In this document: piece by piece, positions 22,694-34,050 of the stretch | Position numbering within the stretch: the first letter of the stretch is position 1 | Layout of the letters: every line of letters starts with the position of its first letter | Source: Polyangia bacterium | GTDB taxonomy: Bacteria > Myxococcota_A > Polyangia > JAAYKL01 | NCBI GenBank assembly: GCA_050287845.1 | Contig: JBNKCR010000051.1 | Span: 1 to 59,854 of the forward strand | Length of the DNA: 59,854 bases | Reading direction: 5' to 3' | Position numbers and translations under genes: made by a program | Notes under the pieces: generated by a model | What the model saw: the letters and a program-made list of their open reading frames with translations, nothing else | Databases searched by the model: none | What the model was told of the DNA's origin: nothing

Positions 22694-24109
22694 ATGAGAA
22701 ACGAGGAAAAAATGGGGCGAATAAAAAAAATAAGTGTTTTCCGCCATATCATTTTTCAGTTTATCTGTATAAGTGTTCTGCTTTTGGCTGTCGCTTGCTC
22801 TGACGATGGACAGAAAGACAGTGAATCCTCGGACGCGGACAGCGATACGGATTCGGACAGCGATAGCGATACCGATACCGACACGGATACCGATAGCGAT
22901 ACCGATACCGATAGCGATTCTGACACCGATACGGATACGGATACGGATTCGGATTCGGACAGCGATAGCGATAGCGATAGCGATACCGATACCGACACGG
23001 ATACCGACACGGATACCGATAGCGATACCGATACCGATACAGATAGCGATTCTGACACCGACACAGATACGGACACGGATACGGACACAGATACGGATAC
23101 CGATACCGACACCGAACCTGCTGTTACCCGCGAGGGACCCTGTGATATTTATGAGATAGGGGGAACCCCCTGTGTGGCTGCCCACAGTACCACTCGGGCG
23201 TTGTATGGCGGATTCGATGGCGCCCTGTACCAGGTGCGCCGAACAGACAACAACAGCGTTGAAGATATTCCGGTGGATGAACCGGGCGGATTTGTCGATA
23301 TTGCGGTGCAGGATGAGTTTTGCGAGGGCACGAAGTGCACCATTTCGATAATTTATGACCAGTCCCCGGAACACAACGATCTGCCCGCATCACCGAAGGC
23401 ATTGTGGCTGCCGAATGGCGGAAATGAGTCCAGCGCCCATGACGGCGAAATCACCATCAGTGGTCATCGGGCGTACGGCATCTATGGCACGGGGTACAGT
23501 CTGGATGTGGGCTATCGCGCCACCCAGACCACGGGAATTGCCCGCGGAGACGAAGCAGAATCCATGTATATGGTGGTGGACGGTAAGCGCTACAGCGATC
23601 AGTGCTGCTATGACTACGGAAACGCGACCCCCACTGGCGGGGCGGATGGCAATGGCACCATGGAGGCGATATACTTTGGTGATGATATCACCTGGGGGGG
23701 CAGGGGCGAGGGAGAAGGCCCATGGATTGCAGCCGATCTGGAGTTTGGCGTGTACAAGAGCGATGAGGGGGGATGGCAATCGGAGAGCGTGTATACTCCG
23801 AGCGCCAAGTCTCTGGTTCACGATTTCGTCACCGCCATGCTCAAGGGCCCGTCCGGGAATACATTCGGATTGAAGGGGGGCGACGCCCAGGCGGGGACGC
23901 TGACCACCATGTGGGATGGTCCGAGACCTTCCGGCGCAGGATACAGTCCCAAGCGACTGGAGGGGGCCATTATTCTGGGAACAGGCGGTGACGGCAGCAA
24001 TGGGGGTACTGGAACGTTCTACGAAGGTTGCATGACTATTGGCAATTCATCTGACGAAGTCGACGATCTGATACAGGCAAACATTGTTGCCGCTGGATAC
24101 GGCAAATGA
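22694..24109 (+). CDS. GH54 alpha-L-arabinofuranosidase B-like lipoprotein (second paralogue)
   Basis: [56 protein letters not shown]. Confidence 0.92.
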   Translation: MRNEEKMGRIKKISVFRHIIFQFICISVLLLAVACSDDGQKDSESSDADSDTDSDSDSDTDTDTDTDSDTDTDSDSDTDTDTDTDSDSDSDSDSDSDTDTDTDTDTDTDSDTDTDTDSDSDTDTDTDTDTDTDTDTDTDTEPAVTREGPCDIYEIGGTPCVAAHSTTRALYGGFDGALYQVRRTDNNSVEDIPVDEPGGFVDIAVQDEFCEGTKCTISIIYDQSPEHNDLPASPKALWLPNGGNESSAHDGEITISGHRAYGIYGTGYSLDVGYRATQTTGIARGDEAESMYMVVDGKRYSDQCCYDYGNATPTGGADGNGTMEAIYFGDDITWGGRGEGEGPWIAADLEFGVYKSDEGGWQSESVYTPSAKSLVHDFVTAMLKGPSGNTFGLKGGDAQAGTLTTMWDGPRPSGAGYSPKRLEGAIILGTGGDGSNGGTGTFYEGCMTIGNSSDEVDDLIQANIVAAGYGK

Positions 24110-24292
24110 ATCGCCACTGACTTCACTTTTTATCTGAACACCGACTACACGATATATCTGATTTTATGATACTGTGTAGGGATGCCTGCCTCGGAGCGAC
24201 CGGTTTCCACGCTTTATATCTGTGACAGAATCGGCTACGCGCCGGGGGCGCCCGGAATGGCCCGGCTGCCAGGTGGAATGAGGAGACAGATT

Positions 24293-26773
24293 ATGGGAAA
24301 GATGCTGATATTTTTTTTGTGGGGGTGTCTGGGAATCGCATTGCTGATCCTGGGGTGCAGCGACGGCGACGGCGCTAATCCCTCCGGCACAGATTCTCAA
24401 ACGGATGCGGACAGCGATACGGATTCGGATGGAGACAGCGACACCGATTCGGATGGGGACAGTGACACCGATTCGGATACGGACAGCGATACGGATAGCG
24501 ATACCGATTCAGATACGGACAGTGATGCGGACTCGGATACGGATACCGATGGCGACAGTGATTCCGATTCAGATTCAGACTCAGATTCAGACTCAGACTC
24601 AGACTCAGATACAGATACAGATACAGAGATGGATTCAGATACCGCAATAGAAGTTGACACTTCGACGGACTGGGATTCTGAAAGCTACGAACATCCGTAT
24701 CAGGATCCGGATTTATGGATTGAGCACCGGGTGGCCAATCTGCTCTCGCTTTTGACCCCGGAGGAGAAACTACTGTTGCTCGACGAACGTCAGCCGGAGA
24801 TTTCCAGGCTGGGTCTGGGCTATCTGTCCACCTACACCGAAGGGCTCCATGGACTCGGCCAGTGTGATGGCGGAAAAATCATTGGCACTCAGTTTCCCCA
24901 GGCGTTCGGTCTCGGTCACACCTGGGATCCGGAGCTGCTTCGCGAGGTGGGCGAAATCGAAGGATATGAAGCGCGCGTCCATATGGCGGCGGGTAATTCG
25001 CTGGGGATGGGACTGGTGATACGCGCGCCCATGGTGGACCTGGGGCGGGATCCCCGGTGGGGACGAACCGAAGAGTCCCTTGGCGAAGACCCGTTTCTGG
25101 TGGCGGAGCTGGGAAAAGGCATTGTCCGCGGGCTGCAGGGGAGCGACCCCCACCATCTGCTTGCTGCGGCGACTCTCAAGCACTTTCTGGGCAATAACAA
25201 CGAAACCAACCGGGACTTTTCGTCGTCGGACATAGATGAACGGGATTTGCGGGAATATTACCTGGTTCCCTTTGAAAAATGCATTAACGAAGCCGACGCC
25301 CAATCGTTCATGACCGCCTACAATGCCATTAACGGCATCCCCGCTTCGGTGACGCCATTGGTGAAAGACATCGTATATGATGAGTGGCAGTTTGATGGGA
25401 TGATTTGCACCGACGCCTTTGCCCTGGAACTCACGGTGGAACAGCATCACTATTTTTCGACGTTGACCGAAGCGGCCGGGGCGATTGTGAAGGCGGGGGT
25501 GGGCGTGTTTCTTGGGGGCGAAGAGCATCAGCCGGCGGTGGCCCAGGCCTACCAGCAGGGACTGATCAGCGAAGCGGATGTGGACCGGGTTCTGGCGGGG
25601 ATGCTGCGGATCCGCTTTCGGTTGGGAGAACTCGATCCGCCGGAAAAGGTTTCGTACAGCAGCATATCAGGCAGCGAAACGCCCTGGAACGACGATGCCC
25701 ACAAAAATGCGGCGCTGAAGGTGGCCGAAAAGTCAATGGTACTTTTGAAAAACGAAAGTCAGACATTGCCCCTGGATAAGTCCGCCATTTCCAGTGTTGC
25801 CGTGATTGGGCCAAGAGCGGACGATGTGGTGGTGGATTGGTACGGCGGGGCGTTGCCATATAAGGTGTCGGCCATGGACGCCATTGAGCGGTATCTGGGG
25901 GCCACTCACATGGTAACCCTGCACACTGACAACAACGGTGGCGCCGCAGTGGATGCCGCCCGCAATGCGGACGTGGCCATTGTGTTTGTGGGCAACCACC
26001 CCACCTGTGACGCGGGTTGGGCCGTGTGCGACAGCAGTTACGAGGGCAAGGAAGCCATTGACCGGAAATACATCGAACTGGAACCTTCCCAGCTGACGCT
26101 CATCCAGGATGTTTATGCGGCGAATCCCAATACGGTGGTCGTGCTGGTGTCGAGTTTTCCAGAGGCCATTCCCTGGGTGAAAGACAATATTCCGGCCATT
26201 GTGCACATTGCCAATTCGGGCCAGGAACTGGGAAATGCCGTGACCCACGTGCTGTTTGGCGATGTGAATCCCGCCGGGCGGCTCAGCATGACCTGGTATG
26301 GCGCCACCTCGGATTTGCCCGACCTGATGGACTACGGCATTCGCGGCAAACGCACCTATATGTATTACAGCGGCGAACCGCTGTTTCCGTTTGGACACGG
26401 ACTGAGCTACACATCCTTTGCGTATGATAATTTATCGGCAGAGGTAGGCACTCGTGGTGTTGAAACAGTCGTGAACGTAAGTGTGGATGTATCCAATACC
26501 GGCAGCCGTGATGGCGACGAAGTGGTTCAATTGTACGTGTCATTCCCGGAATCCAGTGTGGAAAGACCGAACCTTGCCCTCAAGGGATTCTCCCGAATCA
26601 CCGTCAACGCCGGCGAGTCAGAAACCGTCCGTTTCACCGTCCCCCTGGATGACCTTGCCTACTGGAACGAAAACGAAAATCGCTTCGTGGTCGAACCCAG
26701 CCCCGTCACTCTCTCCGTGGGTGCTTCGTCTGAAGATATCCGGCTGAGTGAATCGATTTATTTAATTCCTTAG
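24293..26773 (+). CDS. GH3 beta-xylosidase/beta-glucosidase lipoprotein
   Basis: [46 protein letters not shown], Fn3-like GDEVVQLY; start after AGGAG. Confidence 0.93.
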   Translation: MGKMLIFFLWGCLGIALLILGCSDGDGANPSGTDSQTDADSDTDSDGDSDTDSDGDSDTDSDTDSDTDSDTDSDTDSDADSDTDTDGDSDSDSDSDSDSDSDSDSDTDTDTEMDSDTAIEVDTSTDWDSESYEHPYQDPDLWIEHRVANLLSLLTPEEKLLLLDERQPEISRLGLGYLSTYTEGLHGLGQCDGGKIIGTQFPQAFGLGHTWDPELLREVGEIEGYEARVHMAAGNSLGMGLVIRAPMVDLGRDPRWGRTEESLGEDPFLVAELGKGIVRGLQGSDPHHLLAAATLKHFLGNNNETNRDFSSSDIDERDLREYYLVPFEKCINEADAQSFMTAYNAINGIPASVTPLVKDIVYDEWQFDGMICTDAFALELTVEQHHYFSTLTEAAGAIVKAGVGVFLGGEEHQPAVAQAYQQGLISEADVDRVLAGMLRIRFRLGELDPPEKVSYSSISGSETPWNDDAHKNAALKVAEKSMVLLKNESQTLPLDKSAISSVAVIGPRADDVVVDWYGGALPYKVSAMDAIERYLGATHMVTLHTDNNGGAAVDAARNADVAIVFVGNHPTCDAGWAVCDSSYEGKEAIDRKYIELEPSQLTLIQDVYAANPNTVVVLVSSFPEAIPWVKDNIPAIVHIANSGQELGNAVTHVLFGDVNPAGRLSMTWYGATSDLPDLMDYGIRGKRTYMYYSGEPLFPFGHGLSYTSFAYDNLSAEVGTRGVETVVNVSVDVSNTGSRDGDEVVQLYVSFPESSVERPNLALKGFSRITVNAGESETVRFTVPLDDLAYWNENENRFVVEPSPVTLSVGASSEDIRLSESIYLIP

Positions 26774-27058
26774 TACTATTTGATCACATCTTTGATGGTC
26801 CTATGACGGGAGTTCGAAGGTTGAAAGATTGACGACATAGCGGATAAACACCGATTTTTTGCAGCAATAGAAGCTGCAGGCGTCTCCTAACCATAGGAAT
26901 AGTCCATCTGTATCTCCTTCCGGGGCAGTGCTCCCTGTCAGTTCCGCATGAAATGATTCTATTGTCATCGCTGAAATTTGCGACAAAATCATGATGAATA
27001 CGAATCCTCTGTTTACCAGTCCTTGTGTGTCCGATTGACGATTCGTGGTTCGCCGGTC

Positions 27059-27748
27059 TTACGAAGATTCTGATTGTATCAGTGACAGGTCCTCTTCGGA
27101 TTGGCTGGAGATAGAGGGACAATCCGAGTTAACCATTTTACATAGCTGTTTAATTCCTCTTGAGAGAAGCGATTTAACTGTGCCGACAGGCATCCCCGTT
27201 CTTTGGGATATCTCATTTATCGATAGCTCTTGAATGTAACGCAGAATAATGACCTCTTTCTTTCGTTCTTCGAGCCTCGATAATAAACCGTTTACCTGCA
27301 TCACGAGATCGGAATGGATGATTCTATGCTCTGCTGATGATGAGTCATCGGTACAATTGCGAGATTCATCATTGTTGAACAGTAAATACTTTTCCATGGT
27401 TTTATTTTTACGGCTAAAGTCTCTGCATCGATTCATAGTTAAAGTAATCAAAAAACTGCGAAACAGTCCGACAGCCTTGTACTGTGAACGGTTTTTCCAT
27501 AGTGTAAGGAATACCTCCTGCACTATGTCCTGGGCCAGTGCTATACACCCCAAATATCTTTTTGCAGTGCATAGAAGAAATTTCTGATGACGGCGAATGA
27601 GTATTTCGAAGGTGTAGTGATAGCCCCTCTGCGCGTACACCATTAATTCTTCATCGTCGACATTTTGCCATTGCAACAAATGGTTTGAATGAATGTCGTT
27701 GATTTCATGTTCAGACCTGACTTCCCCTGCTCTTGATACGTCGGACAT
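27059..27748 (-). CDS. ECF sigma-70 factor
   Basis: AQDIVQEVFLTLW (region 2), LSINEISQRTGMPVGTVKSLLSRG (region 4). Confidence 0.88.
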   Translation of the reverse strand: MSDVSRAGEVRSEHEINDIHSNHLLQWQNVDDEELMVYAQRGYHYTFEILIRRHQKFLLCTAKRYLGCIALAQDIVQEVFLTLWKNRSQYKAVGLFRSFLITLTMNRCRDFSRKNKTMEKYLLFNNDESRNCTDDSSSAEHRIIHSDLVMQVNGLLSRLEERKKEVIILRYIQELSINEISQRTGMPVGTVKSLLSRGIKQLCKMVNSDCPSISSQSEEDLSLIQSESS

Positions 27749-28407
27749 TTCAATGCCTCTTTCTTCACCGCGTCTAAGCTCTCATATGTTCGGAGCCTTT
27801 GGGCTACACTTGGTTTCTTTTAAATCTCCAAACCAGTAGAGGTGTCGTAAAGAAGTTGCACTGGACTTGCCCGGAAGTTGTGGACACGAAAGAATTGAAT
27901 TCTGGAGATCAACCGACAAGACGACCTTTTTCATTTATGTAAACCTGAAAAAATCCGTTTCATTCTTTTCCAAACCTGTTGTTGCGGAAGTGACCACGTT
28001 TGAAAGATGCGCAGATACCGCGATGTATGAACGAAGAAAACGAATGCAATCCGAAGTCGATTAACAGTTCTGTAGCTATATGAAGTAAGGATACGTTGGA
28101 ATGAAAACGGTCAATTTGCAGGTGTTGTACGTCCATGAACCGTAAAAAAATGTTCTCTGTGCGCAACCTTTTCCTCGAACAATACGTTCGCAAAGTATCA
28201 TCACAAAATCTATGTTCAACTCTGGATGTCGGTAGAAAACAGAACAGCGTCTTCATATGACAGAGGACGACTGCCTGGCAATCTACATGCCGATTTTCCA
28301 TTCTTGCGCATCGTTTTGGGTCAACGTCATAATGGGTGACGTTTGATTTAAACTTGTTGGTATTGTGATGAGTACCGACACAAATAAATGATTCGAAGGA
28401 GACTAAA

Positions 28408-29028
28408 ATGAAAGTAAACATGTCAAAAGAAAAAATGATTCTTATTGGATGGATTCTGCCGACGCTCGGATTTATTGCCTGTGAAGATGGTATGTATGAT
28501 TCAGTCGAAGACAGTTCCATGCCAAACGATGAAGAGAACAATCTGGTTGGGACAGAAGACTTTGATTCAGATCCGGAATCACCCGTTGCACTTTACAATG
28601 GCCAGCCCTTGAGACTGAAAGACGGGTGGGGAAAAGCACAGTCATGTGTTGTATATTCAAAAGATGTTGTGGAATGTTTCGATTCCAACGAAGAAGCAGA
28701 TGAGTCAATTGGTGCAGACAGTGATGATAAGATGAATAGTAGCTCCAGCGGTTGTCCCGACTGCGCTTCGGGATGGCTGTGTCTCTATCAATTTACGAAT
28801 GGTGGAGGGCGGCGACTGATATTCCGTGACGAATCGTGGCAGTCCCTTGCACCATATGATTTTAAAAACAGAACATCGTCCTGGCATAATAATCAGGGAA
28901 ATTCGGATAAGGGAGGGCTTCGGTTTTATTTGGGGGGTGGAAAAAATGAGAATTTAACCCTGAGTCCTAAGAGCTGTTCGAATTCGATGGGGTCATATGA
29001 CAATAGAGCAGATGAAGTACATGGCTGA
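28408..29028 (+). CDS. Lipoprotein with peptidase-inhibitor I36 / beta-gamma-crystallin-like domain
   Basis: Lipobox FIAC; CASGWLCLY...GGGRRL.F, FKNRTSSWHN, YDNRAD; RBS AGGAG. Confidence 0.7.
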   Translation: MKVNMSKEKMILIGWILPTLGFIACEDGMYDSVEDSSMPNDEENNLVGTEDFDSDPESPVALYNGQPLRLKDGWGKAQSCVVYSKDVVECFDSNEEADESIGADSDDKMNSSSSGCPDCASGWLCLYQFTNGGGRRLIFRDESWQSLAPYDFKNRTSSWHNNQGNSDKGGLRFYLGGGKNENLTLSPKSCSNSMGSYDNRADEVHG

Positions 29029-29121
29029 GATTTGTTATAGAGGGGGGGGTATAAGCAAAAAGGAAGAGGGAGCTTCAGATTGTGCCAAATCAATGTTCAG
29101 TTGATGGAGTGACGAGACCAT

Positions 29122-29217
29122 TCACCCGAGCGTTTTGACCACCTGGCGGAAGTGGAAGCCGTAGATGGCCAGGGTGACGGCCAGCGGTAGTTTTTTGGGA
29201 CTGGTGAGCATACAGAA
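29122..29217 (-). repeat. Displaced 96-bp copy of the radical SAM gene 3' end (direct repeat of 32569-32664)
   Basis: Aligns without gaps, 5 mismatches, still encodes ...YGFHFRQVVKTLG*. Confidence 0.93.
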
Positions 29218-29347
29218 AAAATGGATCGTTATCGGGTGGATGGCCGACAGCCGTGGTACACGCGATTGTGATGCTTTCTCGTGGATTTCAGCGAATGACG
29301 AAAAAACAGTGGCAGAATACTGCTGTCGGGGTGTGACCAGTTCCTAC

Positions 29348-29645
29348 TGAACCGCCCCGGTAATCCCGGAGGCCCGGTTAGTTGAGTCCAGCCGCAGCGG
29401 CCGGTTTTCATTTTTGTCATTAACCATTTTTTCGTACTCAGCGGGCGGTAAATATCCGATTCGTCAAAATTTTTCCATGGTCCTTTTTTTCCAGATAATC
29501 TCAGTCTTAAAAAAGACCGATAACGGTTTCGGCTAAAACATTGTCGTAGCAGTCGCTCACGCTGCCTACCGAGGGACTCATCCGCTATGGTAGTGATTTT
29601 GATAGCCTTACTGCGTACAGCGCCACGAAACCCCATTGCCTTCAT
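29348..29645 (-). mobile_element. Internally deleted IS3-family (IS51/IS629-like) remnant with one terminal inverted repeat
   Basis: TGAACCGCCCCGGTAATCCCGGAGGC end at 29348; OrfB pieces MKAMGFRGAVR..TTIAD, PSVGSVSDCYDNVLAETVIGLF, KGPWKNF, PAEYE. Confidence 0.8.
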
Positions 29646-29802
29646 CGATCCGGGATGAAATCGTAATACTCCGAGACAGGGTCTCCTGGCGACAGCAACC
29701 GTAAAAGCCCAAGTGTGGTTCCAGCTATTTTGGCGGGTATCGTTTTTCCGACGCAGCATGGGCAAGCAATATTGCGGCAATGGCACGTCCGTCCGACTGT
29801 TG

Positions 29803-31983
29803 CTAAGAATCGAGATTTTCTGGCTGTTGGGTTTTGGCCAAGACAGATTTCCAGAAAACCCCATTTGGTGGTATACGTTTTCGGCCCAAAACCACAAGTT
29901 TCAACGGAACGAGTACAAATTCGGTCAACCATTGGCTAATCATAAAATCAGAATATCCTGCCATAGCGTTATCAACCGCGAGCGTTCCCAGCCGACTACC
30001 AAAAATAATATCACCGGTGCTAGGAGATATTGCTCGGAGAATGTGTCGGGGTTCGTTGGTCAGCACACGCAGATTTTCATCTATTTCGCGTAAACCGTTG
30101 CTTACAATTTTTAACCCGGCTGCACGAAGATAGTCAGATGTTTGTCCTTGCAGCCTGCGGCCCTGGTTTCTTGCAGCGACAAATTGTACAATTGCTTGTT
30201 TTTCGTTGTCTGTTAATTGTACCAGATCAGCCTTCGACTGATCTGTTACGTAATCAAGCGCGTCTGTAGGGATCGCTGTTTCGGACAATACGACAAGTCC
30301 GTATTTGTCATTTTTGGAACTGATCTTTTCCTTAACGATGCTTTTAAGCTGTCGCATGCTAAATTTTATTTCTGGAATTAACGCAACATCGCATACTTGG
30401 GCTTTACTGGAAAGAACAGCATGACTCACCACAAAACCCGAATCTGAACCAAATAACTGCACTATACCCAGTCTGGGATTTGAACGAATTTCGGTGTATA
30501 AATCTGCAAGCAGCTCCCTTGATTGCTCAACCGCGGACATGAAACCAAAAGTTTGCCAAACCCAAAGTATATCGTTGTCCATGGTTTTTGGTACGCCCAC
30601 AACTGATAAGTCCCAGCCTGGGCTCTGGGTTGCCATATCCTTTGCCAGAGTTGAAATCGCGTGGGCTGCTTTCATGCTTCCATCTCCACCGATAATGTAT
30701 AGTATTCTTATATGATTATCTCGAAGTTGCTGCACAATGTTTTTTAGCCATCTCATTCTGTCTGGACCAGAAAAAAGGTCCATATCTCTAGATGTACCAA
30801 TGATTGAACCACCCTCGTCAATGTGTTCCGATGTACATTTTTTGGGATTAACACCAAGGCCAAATTCGTTGCGGTTGTTCTTGTCGACTAGAAGGAATTT
30901 CCTGTCAGCAAGCGCTCGAAATGCAGAAAACCCATTTTTTAGTCCCCATATTTCAAGGCGACCTCCACCGTTCGGCCTTTCCTGTTCTTTATCGTGATAT
31001 TTATAGTGTCTCTGTGTAATACCGTCAATCACGGCGTTCACTCCAGGGGCGATGCCACCTGATACTAAGATGGCAACCCTGAATATCTTCTCGACATTGT
31101 ATTGGGGGTAGAATAGCTTTTCCCGGGGACCAGCTTCAGGAAAGGTTAGTCCATTTGAGTTCATGCATCCTCTGGGAATTTTGCATGAATCTGATGGATG
31201 GTATTTTGACAATGCTGCAACAAGGACTTTGGCGTCGTTGGAACGGAATCCACCGATATCTTTTAGTAAATTTTCCTTGTCGCCAGATTTGTACTCGACA
31301 TTTGGCCAAGAATCAGGGCATCCCATCGAAATTTTTTCTTTAATTATGTTTCGGACGCAAGCGAATTTCTCTGGTTTGTTTCTGAGTTTCCTAAAGTCGG
31401 ACGCCGAAATAAATGATTTTAGAAAATTGTTTAAATCGGCTTCTGTGCCAACGAAGTTTTCAGAGTCGCCTTTGATGTCAGCTATCTCTTTTTTGATATT
31501 AAAAAAATCAATAATGGTTTTTTCGTAATCGAAAAGATGCGGATCTGTAGGCAGGTCATCTTCAAAAGAGATGCTCGTATTCAAGTATTTTTCACACAAT
31601 TCCTGTGCGCCTTTATGAAAGTCATTATTTTCAACAGCAATTGTTCCCAATGCCCCATTGGGTACCCTTAGTGCAGCTTTATTTGTACTCCCAGGTGTCA
31701 GTTCAACCAGAATGACCTTGGCACTCTCTTTTTTATTGTGATTAAAGTAGGTTGCTTCACTTTCTTGCGTGTCTCCTATTTCAGTTCCTATAAAACAACA
31801 GTAGTAATCGCAGGTCTCGATTACTTTCTCGACCTCCTGTTTCCAAGAGGACTGATGGAATGCATTGTCGAAAAAGTAGACTGAGGTTTCATTGAACTTG
31901 CCCGAACGCATCAGTAACAGATAAAATTCATTGACGGCTTTTTTGTCTTTGAAATTATAGGAAAGGAAAATGGATTCTGGCAT
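29803..31983 (-). CDS. TIR domain - PfkA-family 6-phosphofructokinase-like fusion protein
   Basis: N-term IFLSY..KDK, YFFD, W..EV...I..CD, GDTQESE (TIR); C-term VAILVSGGIAPGVNAVI, GGSIIGTSR, IIGGDGS, GVPKTMDND, TFGF.SAV, LIPE; RBS GAGG. Confidence 0.85.
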   Translation of the reverse strand: MPESIFLSYNFKDKKAVNEFYLLLMRSGKFNETSVYFFDNAFHQSSWKQEVEKVIETCDYYCCFIGTEIGDTQESEATYFNHNKKESAKVILVELTPGSTNKAALRVPNGALGTIAVENNDFHKGAQELCEKYLNTSISFEDDLPTDPHLFDYEKTIIDFFNIKKEIADIKGDSENFVGTEADLNNFLKSFISASDFRKLRNKPEKFACVRNIIKEKISMGCPDSWPNVEYKSGDKENLLKDIGGFRSNDAKVLVAALSKYHPSDSCKIPRGCMNSNGLTFPEAGPREKLFYPQYNVEKIFRVAILVSGGIAPGVNAVIDGITQRHYKYHDKEQERPNGGGRLEIWGLKNGFSAFRALADRKFLLVDKNNRNEFGLGVNPKKCTSEHIDEGGSIIGTSRDMDLFSGPDRMRWLKNIVQQLRDNHIRILYIIGGDGSMKAAHAISTLAKDMATQSPGWDLSVVGVPKTMDNDILWVWQTFGFMSAVEQSRELLADLYTEIRSNPRLGIVQLFGSDSGFVVSHAVLSSKAQVCDVALIPEIKFSMRQLKSIVKEKISSKNDKYGLVVLSETAIPTDALDYVTDQSKADLVQLTDNEKQAIVQFVAARNQGRRLQGQTSDYLRAAGLKIVSNGLREIDENLRVLTNEPRHILRAISPSTGDIIFGSRLGTLAVDNAMAGYSDFMISQWLTEFVLVPLKLVVLGRKRIPPNGVFWKSVLAKTQQPENLDS

Positions 31984-32472
31984 TGGCGACCTCTTGACGC
32001 ATTTGAATTGGTTTCAGTAAGAGTTAAACGTATCTTTGTGCGAACAAAGTGTAAATACCTTTTTTACTAAAGTGGAAAGTTACGCGAGAAAGGGATTCTG
32101 GTGGGATTGTAAATCCGCATTCTATTTAAACTGAAGTTCCCCCTCACAATAGACGAGTTTGTTCAATGATAACCGGGGGACGAGGTCGAAAACGTGCGTA
32201 GTATTCTGTCTATATTTTGATTTGGTGGAGAAGTTCGAGGACTTTTTCTGTTTTGGATTTGGAGTGGTATCGATAGTGGTGAAGACAGCAGTAGAGTCCG
32301 CGTTATCAGCGGCGCTGACACACCAGTCTCTGGTGATGGTACTCATGTGTTTGAGCAGAGTTCGAAATAGGTTGTTTGGACACTATACCCTCACCATTGA
32401 AAAAATCTTACATTGTGTGTCAAATTCAATGAAAATGACACCCATGATAGGTCGAATTCTAAACAGTCGATT

Positions 32473-32537
32473 CGTCATTTCCGTAGGCGGATATCCAGTT
32501 CTGTGCTATCCGGATTGCCGCCTGCACGGAGATGACG
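32473..32537. repeat. Degenerate REP-like hairpin downstream of the radical SAM gene
   Basis: CGTCATTTCCGTAGGCGGATATCCAG ... CGGATTGCCGCCTGCACGGAGATGACG imperfect inverted repeat. Confidence 0.6.
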
Positions 32538-32568
32538 GAACCTCGATTCTCAGGTTGGATTTCTTATA

Positions 32569-34050
32569 TCATCCCAGTGTTTTGACCACCTGGCGGAAGT
32601 GGAAGCCGTAAATGGCCAGGGTGACGGCCAGCGGTAGTTTTTTGGGACTGGTGAACATACAGAAGATGACCAGTTTCCAGAAGTACATCCGGCCCCTTTC
32701 CACCACGCCCAGCCGCCACAGGGCCGCAAAGAAAGCTCTGATGTGTTGTCGTTGCAGTCGGGGCGAATGATGAGATGGCAACCGGTAATCCTTCAGCAAG
32801 TTTTTCACCCGAATGAAATACGCCTTCTGGGAGTAAATGGTGCGCAGTATGCGGTGGTAGCCATCCTTTAACTGTTGGTAGCTCATTTTGGGGATGAAAT
32901 TCATGGACGTATCCATATTGTCGCCACTCATGATCCCCAGTAAACGGTTTTCCTTTTCCATGCGCGCATATAGGGGTGTTCCGGTGGGGGCATTCAACAG
33001 GCCTACCATGGCCGTGGTGATGCCGCTGTCCTGAATAAAGCGAATCTGTTTATCGAAAATATCCGGCGGGTCGCTGTCAAACCCCACGATGAAGCCTGCC
33101 GATACCATCAGCCCCCCTTTTTGCAAACGCTTCACCGATTGCACCAGATCCCGATGCCGATTGTGTTTTTTTCCACACTCACTGAGGCCATCGTCGCTGG
33201 GGGTTTCGATGCCAATAAACACGGAATCAAATCCCGCACGCACCATCTGCGCCACTAGCTGTTCATCATCGGCCAGATTGATTGAGACCTCGGTCATGAA
33301 TGTGAACGGATGTCGATGAGCCTTCATCCAGGTTTCCATGGCCGGCAGAATCTCTTGCTTCAACTTTTTCCGGTTGCCAATAAAGTTGTCATCCACAATA
33401 AAGACGCCGCTGCGCCATCCGGCGTTGTACAGGGCATCGAGTTCGGCGGTGATTCCCTCGCTCGCCTTGGTCCGCGGAATTCGGCCATTCAATCTGGAGA
33501 TGCCGCAGAACTCGCAGTTGTATGGACAACCTCTGGAATATTGCATGACCATCGACGAATAATTTTTCATATTGATGAGTGACCACATGGGCACCGGCGT
33601 GCTAGCCAGCGATGGAAACGTATCGGAAGTATACACCCGGTGTGGCGTGCCATTTTGCAGGTCTTTCACAAACGCCGGCAACGTCTGTTCCGCTTCGTTG
33701 AGCACAAAATGATCAACGCCCTGGAAGGCGGTCGCATCCAGTGTGCAGAGCGGACCGCCCAGTACCACTCCGGCGCCCGCCTGTTGGCAGCGGAGAATAA
33801 TGCTTTTCATGCCATCCAGATGGATGTTCATCCCGGTCAGAAACACATAGTCGGCCCAGCGCAGCTCTTTATCACGCAACCGGGAAACATTCATATCGAC
33901 GAGTCGGAGATGCCAATCTTCGGGAAGCATTGCCGCCACCGTCAGTAATCCCAGGGGCGGCTGAGAAGCCTTTTTCCCCACAAATTTCACCGCGTGATGA
34001 AAGCTCCAGAACGTGACCGGCGTTCGCGGCTGTACCAGCAGAATTTTCAT
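32569..34050 (-). CDS. B12-binding radical SAM protein (DUF4070 type)
   Basis: PPLGLLTVAAMLP, SRGCPYNCEFC, FIVDDNF, FIGIETP, GFIVGFDSD; RBS AGGAG. Confidence 0.92.
   Translation of the reverse strand: MKILLVQPRTPVTFWSFHHAVKFVGKKASQPPLGLLTVAAMLPEDWHLRLVDMNVSRLRDKELRWADYVFLTGMNIHLDGMKSIILRCQQAGAGVVLGGPLCTLDATAFQGVDHFVLNEAEQTLPAFVKDLQNGTPHRVYTSDTFPSLASTPVPMWSLINMKNYSSMVMQYSRGCPYNCEFCGISRLNGRIPRTKASEGITAELDALYNAGWRSGVFIVDDNFIGNRKKLKQEILPAMETWMKAHRHPFTFMTEVSINLADDEQLVAQMVRAGFDSVFIGIETPSDDGLSECGKKHNRHRDLVQSVKRLQKGGLMVSAGFIVGFDSDPPDIFDKQIRFIQDSGITTAMVGLLNAPTGTPLYARMEKENRLLGIMSGDNMDTSMNFIPKMSYQQLKDGYHRILRTIYSQKAYFIRVKNLLKDYRLPSHHSPRLQRQHIRAFFAALWRLGVVERGRMYFWKLVIFCMFTSPKKLPLAVTLAIYGFHFRQVVKTLG

Noticed and set aside
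29803..31983. Housekeeping pfkA
   Set aside because: TIR fusion, loss of the MGR motif and islet context; no gene symbol assigned
32122..32611. Short ORFs upstream of TIR-PFK as partner genes or an integrase
   Set aside because: No recombinase or other motifs; the longer ORF overlaps the hairpin and the radical SAM end
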